From Candidatus Latescibacterota bacterium (GTDB lineage Bacteria; Latescibacterota; UBA2968; SICM01), in NCBI GenBank assembly GCA_965217865.1, contig CBDCJO010000002.1, forward strand, positions 4,128,001 to 4,192,000: DNA of 64,000 nt. The letters are read 5' to 3'. Both the position numbers and the translations under genes were made by a program. Position 1 is the first letter of the stretch, and the number at the start of each line of letters is the position of its first letter. Under the pieces are notes generated by a model that saw only the letters and a program-made list of their open reading frames with translations, had not been told where the DNA came from and did not search any database. Below are positions 1 to 8,495 of this stretch, in pieces.

Positions 1-35
1 GCACAGGATGCCAAACAAGAGGGAACGAGGAATCC

Positions 36-872
36 TTATACAAATTTTCTCAAGAAGTCCTTCCCTCGAATGAACCCCTCTTCACGCCCCTGTGTCTTAT
101 CCTCGTGTTCTATTGACAGCACTCCATCATATCCGATTCTTCGTAAGGCCGCTATAAATGGGCCCCACGCGATATCCCCGAACCCGGGAATGACATAACG
201 CCACCATCCCCGTTCCTGGTTGCCCAGGTACCTAAGTTTATGGACCAGGACCTCCGTGTCCTTTGCGTGTACGTGGAAAATTCGTCCGGCGAAGCGGTCC
301 ACGGCTTCTAGATGGTCAATTCCCTGCCAGTAGAGATGGGATGGGTCGAAATTAAGGCCGAAGCATTCGTCCGGGAGGATCTCGAAGAGGCGATCCCATT
401 CCTGCAGGTTTCTGATGTTGGTTGCAGTCCAGTTCTCCAGTGCGATTTTCACACCCTTTTTCGCTGCGCGGGGGAGTATCCTGGAGAAGACCCGTGGGAC
501 GACTTGCTCAATGGTCTCCAACCGGGTCATTCCGGGAAGCGGCAGCCCGGCAAGGGTACCGACCACATTCACTTCCATTGCGTTTGCAGCATCGATCGTT
601 TTGATCAGATGGTTCGCGACCGAACGCCGCGTTCGGGCATCCGGGTCAGTGGTGTTAATGTAACAACCTAGGCTGGAGATGCGAAGGCCTTTGTCCGACA
701 CTTTCTTCGCGATCTCCCTTGCCTGGCGGGCGGTCAGGGTCGCCGGATCCAGGTGTGGACTTCCAGGTGTGGCGAGGATTTCCAGGGCATCGAAACCGTG
801 ATCCAGAGCAAAATCGATCACGTGATCCAGACTTTTATCCCGGAAGGGTACTGTCAGGAGTCCGATTTCCAT
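36..872 (-). CDS. Sugar phosphate isomerase/epimerase (xylose-isomerase-like TIM barrel)
   Basis: Motifs IALENW, GLNFDPSH, HVHAKD, PGFGDI, LSIEHED. Start placed at MEIGLL (872) after a GGAGG RBS; the ORF track starts at 923. Confidence 0.9.
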   Translation of the reverse strand: MEIGLLTVPFRDKSLDHVIDFALDHGFDALEILATPGSPHLDPATLTARQAREIAKKVSDKGLRISSLGCYINTTDPDARTRRSVANHLIKTIDAANAMEVNVVGTLAGLPLPGMTRLETIEQVVPRVFSRILPRAAKKGVKIALENWTATNIRNLQEWDRLFEILPDECFGLNFDPSHLYWQGIDHLEAVDRFAGRIFHVHAKDTEVLVHKLRYLGNQERGWWRYVIPGFGDIAWGPFIAALRRIGYDGVLSIEHEDKTQGREEGFIRGKDFLRKFV

Positions 873-980
873 GTGCGGGGTTCCTCCTTTAAAAGAAAAA
901 ATCCCAGAACTTCCCTGGGACAAGGCTGTGAGAAAAAAGATATGTGGATTTGGTCTGGCAGCTAGGCGTGTTAATAGATG

Positions 981-1583
981 TTATCCGTACTTGATCCCGT
1001 CGATGAGTTCTTCCACCATCGGCAGCGGAGGATCCTCTTCTCGGATACGTCGAAAAGCCCGGATCTGGTCTACCTCGGCGGTAAGCCGGCTTATGGCCAG
1101 GGCGCGCCGTTCGTCGATTTGACCGGTCCAGACCGCTTCCTGGATCGAGGCCAGGAGGTTGTGTAGCCGTCGGCCGATGACAATTTCCTCCTCAGACATC
1201 GCGAAACGGTCAGCGGCCTCCGATGCGGAGATGTTGAATCCACCGATTCTGAGGAGGGCGTCGGCTTCTTCTAGGGCCATTAAAGGACTCCTTTGAAGAT
1301 TCTCCTGAAGCGCGACCTCCAGCGCCAGATCATCGGGGACACGGCGAACGATGGCGGGGATTTGAAAATGGCCGAGCCGACGGCAGGCCTCCACCCTGCG
1401 ACGACCGGAAATCAACAGATAACGTTCTTCCCGGGGGGACACCAACACAGGGATCAAGAGTCCGTAGCGCTCAATCGAGTGGGTGAGGTCCTCCAGCTCC
1501 AGGTCGCGTTTTCGGTGACGCAACGGAAGGTCATCATCGATTCGGTCGAGGGGGATATCGAAGAGCGTGTCTACCGAGGCCAT
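981..1583 (-). CDS. ParB/Spo0J-like N-terminal (CTP-binding) domain protein, short
   Basis: LTHSIERYGLLIPVLV, LISGRRRVEAC (GxxRxxA), ALQENLQRSPL and an HTH-like region. Only 200 aa, with no C-terminal dimerisation domain. Confidence 0.85.
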   Translation of the reverse strand: MASVDTLFDIPLDRIDDDLPLRHRKRDLELEDLTHSIERYGLLIPVLVSPREERYLLISGRRRVEACRRLGHFQIPAIVRRVPDDLALEVALQENLQRSPLMALEEADALLRIGGFNISASEAADRFAMSEEEIVIGRRLHNLLASIQEAVWTGQIDERRALAISRLTAEVDQIRAFRRIREEDPPLPMVEELIDGIKYG

Positions 1584-1622
1584 GGATTGGTGTCGGATAT
1601 TCCGGTCTGACAGGAGGCGGAC

Positions 1623-2492
1623 CTACAGATTTTCCCACTCCGTCTCGGGCATGTCTTGGGAAAGCTTGAGGGCTCCGAGCGCCCCACTGTAGATCGGGTC
1701 GTCGACGACTCGGACCCGAGAGGAACCGAATTCGGCGAGGTCATTCTCGATGATCTCCGGCAGCCCCTTGATCTGACTGCCTCCCCCGGCCAAGATGATG
1801 TGATTTCGGAGTTCCTCCTGGAATTCCGGTTCAAAGGTCGTAATCAGTTCCCGGATCGAGGCCAGGGCATCGGGGAGTATGCTTTCGCACGACTCCTTCT
1901 GGTCGATGTCATCCGGTATCGTTCCGTGCATCCGGCAGAGGTCCAAGGTGCCCGCGCCGATGTCCACGATTAGGGCGTTGTTGTATATGCCCAGGCCGTA
2001 TGCCACGAGAAAGGGTTCAGAGACAACCATAACAGCATCCACGAGCCCCTGAACACTGTCGATAATCGCCTGTTTGTCGCTGAGGGTCGCCAGGGCCGGT
2101 GAACCGATGATGGTCCGAACGGTTTGGTTCTCTTTGACCTCGGCCAGAGAGATGACGTGTCTTACGAGTTCATCTCCGGCGATGGCCTCCCGTTCGTTTG
2201 TATCCCCTCCGTTCGTGGTGCGGTACTTGAGGATACCGTTTTCAAGAGGATAGACCAGATCAAGGGCCATCCGATTACGGATGCACTCTTCCCCGAAAAC
2301 GATGGGTTTCTGAATAAATTTATACGAGATCAGGTCTTTCGGCCACCCCACGACAGAGGGAACCGTACGTTTGATGCTCGTACTCGTGGCAATGGAGGAA
2401 TTGGCGGTTCCGAGATCGATTCCCAGGTAAACTACATTGCTTTTCGATGACTCTTGTTGATAAGGCGCGCTTGCTCCCGTCTCCTCCGCCAT
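1623..2492 (-). CDS. mamK: MamK-family actin-like protein with an internal in-frame deletion
   Basis: YLGIDLGT, SVVGWPKD, LDLVYPLENG, VVSEPFLVAYGL, IVDIGAGTLDLC-HGTIP, FEPEFQ, AGGGSQIKGL and GALKLSQDMP-W all match MamK as recalled rather than MreB. The segment between DQ and K-CE is missing. Confidence 0.8.
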   Translation of the reverse strand: MAEETGASAPYQQESSKSNVVYLGIDLGTANSSIATSTSIKRTVPSVVGWPKDLISYKFIQKPIVFGEECIRNRMALDLVYPLENGILKYRTTNGGDTNEREAIAGDELVRHVISLAEVKENQTVRTIIGSPALATLSDKQAIIDSVQGLVDAVMVVSEPFLVAYGLGIYNNALIVDIGAGTLDLCRMHGTIPDDIDQKESCESILPDALASIRELITTFEPEFQEELRNHIILAGGGSQIKGLPEIIENDLAEFGSSRVRVVDDPIYSGALGALKLSQDMPETEWENL

Positions 2493-2584
2493 AGTTCGTT
2501 TACCTCCCTATAGACAAATTCGGGAAAGGGGCCCAAAAAAACAGGTGACAAGTGAAGAATGATCTCATCACCCAATCTGTCCGA

Positions 2585-2956
2585 CTAACTGTTTTCGGCG
2601 GGGCGAATTCTAAATTTTGAAGCCACCCCTCCGGGGATGGTTTGAATATCGGGTCTCGTCCTGTCGCGAAGACCGAGGGGATGACGTTCCTGTTGCGATG
2701 GGGGTGATGCGAGCTCATATTGTAGAACTTTTTCCTTCAATCCCGCCCGCCCCATCAGGGTGGAGAACGCAGCCGCAGATTGGCGGTCCTCAAAAGTTCG
2801 ACCGCCGAGGTCAAGGGTGGATATCTCCTCCGTTTGAGGTGAAAGCAATGCTTTCTCCTGGTCCATCCGGCGGCGAAGATATACGCTGTGCCGAATTGCC
2901 CGACCCTGTTCAAGGTCCTCGTCTCGGAGTATATTGATAAGATGATTAAGTCCCAA
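2585..2956 (-). CDS. Hypothetical protein between the MamA-like and MamK-like genes
   Basis: Co-oriented 123-aa ORF filling the gap, with a TTG start 22 bp after the TPR stop. No recognisable motif. Confidence 0.5.
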   Translation of the reverse strand: MGLNHLINILRDEDLEQGRAIRHSVYLRRRMDQEKALLSPQTEEISTLDLGGRTFEDRQSAAAFSTLMGRAGLKEKVLQYELASPPSQQERHPLGLRDRTRPDIQTIPGGVASKFRIRPAENS

Positions 2957-2978
2957 GCCTAAACCTTAATGCAGAACT

Positions 2979-3911
2979 TCAGTCCGATTTCTTGAAGAAT
3001 TCTATCGCTTTATCGTGTTCCCCCTTGGACTCATAAGCTAGACCGAGGCTCCGGTAGATGCCTTGAAAAGTGGGGGCGCGTTCCACGACGCGGAGGTAAG
3101 ATGCGACCGCTTCGTTGTAATTCTTGTTTTGAATGTGGACGGTCCCAAGGCGATAGTGGCTCTCCGCAATTTCAGGGGCCAGTTCGATGGCCTTCGTCAG
3201 ACAGCGCACAGCCTCGTCGTGGTTACCGTTTTTCGTGTAGATATCCGCAAGCTTGTAATATGCCTTCAGGTAGCTCGAGTCCAAGGAGATGGTTTTCCGA
3301 TAAGACTCGATGGCCTCACGGTGGTTCCCGGCATTATCGAAGGCCACGCCGAGTTTGAAGTTGGCCAAGGCATTCTTTTCGTCAAATTCGACGGTCTTAC
3401 TAAAGGATTCGATGGCCTTTTCATATTCTCCGTTGTTTCCGTTGTTGTTGTAGTTAATCCCGAGTCGGTCGTGTATGTAGGCCAGGTCTTCCTTTGACAG
3501 GCCGAATACATCCTCATAGAAGGAGACCGCCCGATCTGACAGACGCTTGGCGTGAAGGAGGAAGGAGTAGCAGGTGTTTTCAAAATCGCTTATCCGGTGC
3601 TCCAAACGATCAAGCCGAGCCTCGACATTTTTTAGCCTCCGGCCTTCCCCTTCATCTCCTTGCCAGGTCTCTTCACGAGCCCCCCAATCCTCAGTCAAGG
3701 TTTCTTTGGGGGATTTTTCTGCAGCGGGTTCTCCGGTCTCCTGACCCGTCTTGGATGGTATTTCTTCATCAGGAGAGGCGTACTCCTTCAGGACACTGGA
3801 CCTGGTCGATTCGGTGGAGGGGCGTCCCTTGAGCCCTACAGCTGGGGGTGGAATAAACAGCCGTTCCTTTCGTTTGCGCTTTGGGCCGGTGGGTCTCTGT
3901 TCTTGGTTCAA
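2979..3911 (-). CDS. MamA-like tetratricopeptide repeat protein with disordered/coiled-coil N-terminal extension
   Basis: Five TPRs (ANFKLGVAFDNAG, SHYRLG, IYRSLGLAYESKGEHDKAIEFFKK) preceded by HAKRLSDRAVSFYEDVFGLSKE, which resembles the MamA N-terminal helix. Confidence 0.7.
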   Translation of the reverse strand: MNQEQRPTGPKRKRKERLFIPPPAVGLKGRPSTESTRSSVLKEYASPDEEIPSKTGQETGEPAAEKSPKETLTEDWGAREETWQGDEGEGRRLKNVEARLDRLEHRISDFENTCYSFLLHAKRLSDRAVSFYEDVFGLSKEDLAYIHDRLGINYNNNGNNGEYEKAIESFSKTVEFDEKNALANFKLGVAFDNAGNHREAIESYRKTISLDSSYLKAYYKLADIYTKNGNHDEAVRCLTKAIELAPEIAESHYRLGTVHIQNKNYNEAVASYLRVVERAPTFQGIYRSLGLAYESKGEHDKAIEFFKKSD

Positions 3912-4134
3912 GGCGACCCCCCTTCAGAGGGAAGAATATTTTTGGGCGTGATCTTCGGGTATTCCCGAGAAGGAATGCTAAACCACTTACTTATGAGTGG
4001 GATAGGCATTGAAGAGAATGGCGGGGATATTCGGCGATGGCTCCCCCGAACGCTTCCCGGGCAACCGGGATGACCGACAATTTTATTCGGGATTATGGAA
4101 TATATAGGATTGAGATTAGTATAATACGCTATAT

Positions 4135-4242
4135 ATAGTTAAAAGCGGTTAAGAAGTCAAGCCCTTTTTTTCATAGTTATTTAGAGCATATCCACACAGT
4201 TAAATAGATAGTTAAAAGGGTGAGAGAAGTCAAGCCTTTTTT
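4135..4242 (-). promoter_or_regulatory. Two ~35-bp direct repeats, each a TTGACT-N17-TAT(A/C)TA promoter-like element facing the TPR operon
   Basis: atagttaaaag..gaagtcaagcc(c)tttttt at 4135-4170 and 4208-4242, within an AT-rich intergenic region. Confidence 0.5.
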
Positions 4243-4343
4243 AGTTCGCTTTTGATGGGGATTTGCCCCTTCTTACCGCAGTCAAATTTTGCCCCATCAA
4301 TGATTTACTTGACATGGGGTCGGCGGATTGCGTTTTTGAAGCG

Positions 4344-4958
4344 ATGGATGGATTTTTGCTTGCAGGGGGAGAGAGTCGGCGGATGGGGCGGAACAAAGCC
4401 CTGTTGCACGCCGGGGGCGTTCCGTTGATACGCCGGGTGGCAGACGCCCTCTCGATCGTGGCAGACCGGATGGTCGTAATTGCCAACGAACCTGAGGACT
4501 ATGGGTTCTTAGGCCTGCCGATCATCAAGGACCGGGTGATGGGCGCCGGGCCGTTGGGGGGTATTTACACCGCCCTGAAAGCGGCAGGTTCCGATCTGTG
4601 TTTTGTCCTGGCCTGTGACTTGCCTCTGATGCGCCCCGGTATGCTGAAAATCTTAGAGCAAAATGCACCGGGTTATGATGCCACAGTCCCTCGCACCTCT
4701 CGGGAGGATCACCCCCTGAGCGCGGTATACGCAACAACGGGACTGCGGTTCGCAGAGGCCCAGATCGAAAAAGGGGATTACAAGGTCACTCGGTTTCTGG
4801 ATCGAATCCGCACAAGGTGGGTCGGTCCCCAAGAGTGGGGAAAGGCGGATCCGGAAGGCCGGTCGTTCTTAAACGTGAATACCCCGGAGGATTATGACCG
4901 GATCCTCGAGTTCGTCGCTTGCGGAAAGAGGGAAAGAGATGATGGTTTTGGTTCATGA
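4344..4958 (+). CDS. mobA: Molybdenum cofactor guanylyltransferase
   Basis: LLAGGESRRMGRNKALL, GPLGGI, LACDLP, FLNVNTPEDY. Confidence 0.9.
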   Translation: MDGFLLAGGESRRMGRNKALLHAGGVPLIRRVADALSIVADRMVVIANEPEDYGFLGLPIIKDRVMGAGPLGGIYTALKAAGSDLCFVLACDLPLMRPGMLKILEQNAPGYDATVPRTSREDHPLSAVYATTGLRFAEAQIEKGDYKVTRFLDRIRTRWVGPQEWGKADPEGRSFLNVNTPEDYDRILEFVACGKRERDDGFGS

Positions 4959-4970
4959 CAATGCATTACA

Positions 4971-5000
4971 AAAATAGGACGCCTAACCGGGTAGGCATCC
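4971..5000 (-). terminator. Intrinsic terminator between convergent mobA and ferredoxin
   Basis: Hairpin GGACGCCTA-accggg-TAGGCATCC with an adjacent A-run (T-run on the minus strand). Confidence 0.55.
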
Positions 5001-5030
5001 CAAATCGTTGAGACAGTTCAGTGGCAATGG

Positions 5031-5348
5031 CTATAGGGTTCCTGCCGGGATTTCGTAGGCCTTCTCCACCTCGTCGGTGGAAACCATCTCGATGGCATCC
5101 CACGGACATTCGCGCACGCACTGGATGCAGCCGATACAGTCTTCGACACGGACTTCACAATAGGAACCGATGCCGTCGAGCCCCGCAGCCTGCACATCCT
5201 CTTCCTCGATGCAGTCTGTAGGACAGAACTCGATGCACATGTTGCAACCCGTACACATATCCGGGTTGATGATGGCTATGCTCCGGGGCCGTTTCTTCTT
5301 CGGCACGATTTTATCGGCAAGCCAGGCATGTTCCGTGATTCGTGCCAT
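5031..5348 (-). CDS. 2x[4Fe-4S] ferredoxin
   Basis: CTGCNMCIEFCP and CIGCIQCVRECP. Upstream TTGACA-N16-TACATT at about 5463-5490. Confidence 0.9.
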   Translation of the reverse strand: MARITEHAWLADKIVPKKKRPRSIAIINPDMCTGCNMCIEFCPTDCIEEEDVQAAGLDGIGSYCEVRVEDCIGCIQCVRECPWDAIEMVSTDEVEKAYEIPAGTL

Positions 5349-5357
5349 TTTTTGTGG

Positions 5358-5400
5358 TCCTTCGACTACGCGGCGCTGGTGCGCCGCTCCGCTCAGGATG
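5358..5400 (+). repeat. REP-like palindrome (CCTTCGAC...GCTCAGG family)
   Basis: TCCTTCGACT-ACGCGGCGC-tggt-GCGCCGC-TCCGCTCAGGATG. Related copies at 14425, 23344 and 37642. Confidence 0.7.
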
Positions 5401-5504
5401 TAATCCGGTGCTAGCGGGTATTCGTCACAGGTCTAACCTTGATCGTTCATTTCGACTGTCCAAATGTAAAACAAACCGGTTATTTGTCAAGTGAGACGCA
5501 GGCC

Positions 5505-6368
5505 CTATTCCGTAAGGTGGTGGGCGAAGGCGAAGAGGATATATCCGACCAGGATGGTCGGGAACAGGTTCAATGGGCCGATCAAGAGGCCTGATGCAAG
5601 AAAGAATCCTCCCGTGAAGCCGGCGGCGGCAAGAAAAGCCAACCCTCTTCCGAACCTCCCGACGCTGTGCGGGAGAACCGCGGTGAATTCTCCCGCGGGT
5701 GCGAATACAAGCTTACCGCGCTGGCGTTCCACCTCCAGCCGGTAAAGCTTCGTCATCACCTTTTCGTCCGGTCTGTCCTGATAGACCAGGAGGACGTTTT
5801 CATATTTCGTGGAGATGATCCTGGCGAGCTTCCCGTCGCGTCGGATGGTCACTCCTGGACAGAACGTTGTTCCGTCACCACTTGCCGGAGGGGCATCTTG
5901 CGGTGGCGTCGGTTGGGCACGGGCCTTTGCCTGTGCCTTTTTTGCGGCCATGGCCTCCGCACTGACGGAAGGCTCCCGCCCCGGTTTTGTCGCTGCTTTT
6001 GGAGCGGAAGGGGTTGGAGATTTTTTCCCGCCCGCCTTGGCGGCTCGCATGGCCTCGGCCTTGGCCTTTGCCCGGGCAACGCGGTCGGTGATGGCGTCGA
6101 GGCTGGATAGGTCGATCGATCCCTCGTCGGGTGGGCTCTCCGTTTGCGCCTGGGGGGGGGCCTCCGGCACAGGAGAGGCCTCTGCAGAAGGCGTCTGGGA
6201 AACGGGCGTTGGGGCCGGAGAAGCGGGCCCGGAAGAGGATGGTGTTCCCCCTTCCGTTCCTCCGCCCGCCTTGGCAGCCCGCATCGCTTCTGCTTTTGCT
6301 TTTGCCCGGGCGACACGATCCGAGATTCCGTCGAACGACGACAGGTCCACCTTTTTTTCTTCTGCCAT
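5505..6368 (-). CDS. Ala/Pro-rich membrane-anchored protein with two DLS..DRVARAKAKAEAMRAAK repeats
   Basis: Start MAEEKK at 6368. Repeats at about 6261-6350 and 6028-6116, then a small globular region and a C-terminal TM hairpin. Confidence 0.75.
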   Translation of the reverse strand: MAEEKKVDLSSFDGISDRVARAKAKAEAMRAAKAGGGTEGGTPSSSGPASPAPTPVSQTPSAEASPVPEAPPQAQTESPPDEGSIDLSSLDAITDRVARAKAKAEAMRAAKAGGKKSPTPSAPKAATKPGREPSVSAEAMAAKKAQAKARAQPTPPQDAPPASGDGTTFCPGVTIRRDGKLARIISTKYENVLLVYQDRPDEKVMTKLYRLEVERQRGKLVFAPAGEFTAVLPHSVGRFGRGLAFLAAAGFTGGFFLASGLLIGPLNLFPTILVGYILFAFAHHLTE

Positions 6369-6492
6369 TTTATGGATCCCAAAGGAAACGACTTTGGTTT
6401 GCGTGTATCGATGATCCCGCAAGTCGGAAAATTTATCTCTGTGACGATTCCCTGTCAATAGAAAAGTTGGAGAAATGCGGAAATGCGCCAAG

Positions 6493-6521
6493 TTGACAAC
6501 CCCTGGGAAAGTTGATATATT
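6493..6521 (+). promoter_or_regulatory. sigma70-type promoter of the HEAT gene
   Basis: TTGACA-N17-TATATT. Confidence 0.65.
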
Positions 6522-6574
6522 CGCGCGATTGATCCAGACGATCTCCCATCATCCTAATTGAACGACCTGAGGAA

Positions 6575-7498
6575 ATGGAAGAATCGAAAGACGAGGAATC
6601 CCCGTTAACCCCGGAAAGCCTGAGACGAATCTCAGAGGAGGCCGGCAAACCCGAGTCGACCGCTGAATCTCCGATGAAGATGGTCGGTCAGCTCGTTTTG
6701 TTTCCGTTGGCCATCGCCGGAGTCTGCGTGTCGATTTTTCTTCTCTACAGCTTGCTCGCGCAGGAGGAGCGTACTCCACGGGACTTACTGAACGACGTTC
6801 GAGTAGGCGGATCGAGCCGGAGGTGGCAGGCGGCCTATAGCCTCGCTGCTCTTCTCAGCAAGGCCGATGGGAAGGAAACCGGAGCTGCCCTGGTCCCAGA
6901 GATGATCCGCACTTTCGAGGAAGCAAAAAAAGACGATCCGAGGGTCCGGCAATATCTCGCCCTTTCGCTCGGTGAAATTGGCGACCGGAGGGCCACACCC
7001 GCGTTGATCCTTGCGCTGGAGGATGCAGATGATCGGACTCGAATTTTTGCGATCCGGTCCCTGGGATTTTTGCGGGATACGAGCAGCGTGACCGCGCTGT
7101 TAACTCAGGCGGAGTCGAGCGATCCGGGCATCAAAAAGGCGGTGTCCCACGCGTTGGGGCTGTTAGGTGACGACCGGGCGGTTCCCGCGCTCCGCGGGAT
7201 GCTCAACTCAGGTGATCCCAACGTACGATGGAATGCAGCGCTGGCGTTGTGTCGATTCAAGGATCGACCGGGATTGGGTGTGATCGAAGAGATGCTCGAC
7301 CGGGATTTTTTAAACCGGATATCGGCAATGAACGAGGAGCAGCGGGAAGAGGCCATGCTGAATGCCCTCCGGGGCGTCGTGCTGCTTCAAGAACGCTCGT
7401 TTGACCAGACGCTGAACAGGCTCAAAATGAAAGATCCCAGTCTCAAGGTGCGACAAGCCGCAATCGACGCGATCGAAGCCCTGGAACAACCGAGATGA
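6575..7498 (+). CDS. Membrane-anchored HEAT/PBS-lyase repeat protein
   Basis: N-terminal TM helix followed by repeats such as VRQYLALSLGEIGDRRATPALILAL and VRWNAALAL. Confidence 0.85.
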   Translation: MEESKDEESPLTPESLRRISEEAGKPESTAESPMKMVGQLVLFPLAIAGVCVSIFLLYSLLAQEERTPRDLLNDVRVGGSSRRWQAAYSLAALLSKADGKETGAALVPEMIRTFEEAKKDDPRVRQYLALSLGEIGDRRATPALILALEDADDRTRIFAIRSLGFLRDTSSVTALLTQAESSDPGIKKAVSHALGLLGDDRAVPALRGMLNSGDPNVRWNAALALCRFKDRPGLGVIEEMLDRDFLNRISAMNEEQREEAMLNALRGVVLLQERSFDQTLNRLKMKDPSLKVRQAAIDAIEALEQPR

Positions 7499-7530
7499 CG
7501 GATCGGCTTCAAACCCTTTCCTGTTTTTCC

Positions 7531-7559
7531 TTGACAGGTATGATTATCCTTTTTAATTT
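7531..7559 (+). promoter_or_regulatory. sigma70-type promoter of the bc-complex operon
   Basis: TTGACA-N17-TAATTT. Confidence 0.6.
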
Positions 7560-7625
7560 CAAAGTCTATACCTCGAAAACTCACTCCTTTTTATTAAGAA
7601 CGGCTGCTGTCTTTTTCAAAGCAGG

Positions 7626-8468
7626 ATGACAATGTCAGAAGAGGGCAAGGTCGACCTTTCCCAGTTCGACAGCATTCAGGATCGGGTGGCGAGGGCCAAA
7701 GCGAAGGCGGAGGCTATGCGCGCGGCCAAAGGCGGGGCCGCGGCCCCTGCTCCTGAACAAAAGGCCGAGACCTCGCCGGAGGCTGCACAAACGCAAGCTG
7801 AAGCTGCGCCGGCTGTCCCGGAGCCGAAGGCCGTGCCGGCTCCCCCTGAAACAGCACCGGAGCTCCCTGCACCCCCCCCCTTAAGTACCGTGGAGAAGGC
7901 GGCTGCGACCCGAAAGCAGCGGGCCGCGACGCTTTCCAAGGCGGCGAGGGCGACGAAGGCGTCGGAGCCGGCCGATGCGGCTGTGTCCCGCCGGGGATTT
8001 TTCTCGTGGCTGGCCGTGGCGTGGGTGGCCTTTTCCGCTGCGATGGCAGCCGGCGTCGCCGCGATGACCCGGTTCCTCTTCCCCAATGTGCTGTTCGAGC
8101 CTCCCCAGGCCTTCAAGGCCGGGCTGCCCGAAGACTACGATCGAGGGAAGGTGGACGAGCGGTGGAAGGAAAAATTTGGAGTTTGGATCGTCCGGAACGA
8201 GGAGGGAATATTCGCGCTTTCCACCGTCTGCACCCACCTGGGCTGCACTCCGAACTGGCTCGAGGGAGAGAACAAGTTTAAATGCCCCTGCCACGGAAGC
8301 GGGTTCTACAGGACGGGGATCAATTTTGAAGGTCCCGCCCCCCGTCCATTGGAGCGCTACCGGGTTGTCCTCGCAAGCGACGGACAGATCCTGGTGGACA
8401 AGAACAAAAAATACCAGCAGGAGAAGGGTCAGTGGAAAGACCCCGAGTCTTTCCTGAGACTGGCTTGA
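7626..8468 (+). CDS. qcrA: Rieske iron-sulfur subunit of quinol:cytochrome c reductase, with N-terminal extension
   Basis: CTHLGC and CPCHGS, Tat motif SRRGFF plus TM, GPAPRPL. Confidence 0.92.
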   Translation: MTMSEEGKVDLSQFDSIQDRVARAKAKAEAMRAAKGGAAAPAPEQKAETSPEAAQTQAEAAPAVPEPKAVPAPPETAPELPAPPPLSTVEKAAATRKQRAATLSKAARATKASEPADAAVSRRGFFSWLAVAWVAFSAAMAAGVAAMTRFLFPNVLFEPPQAFKAGLPEDYDRGKVDERWKEKFGVWIVRNEEGIFALSTVCTHLGCTPNWLEGENKFKCPCHGSGFYRTGINFEGPAPRPLERYRVVLASDGQILVDKNKKYQQEKGQWKDPESFLRLA

Positions 8469-8495
8469 GGAATTCGTCGAGGGAGATATAATAAG

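Noticed and set aside
3429-3450. 9-bp duplication giving NNNGNNG in the TPR
   Set aside because: A minor in-frame slippage with no evident significance.
6575-7498. HEAT protein as magnetosome Mad23
   Set aside because: It is membrane-anchored and co-oriented with the bc operon, with no specific similarity I can support.
981-7498. Complete magnetosome island
   Set aside because: No CDF transporters (MamB/M), HtrA proteases (MamE/O), LemA (MamQ) or magnetochrome proteins are in the window.
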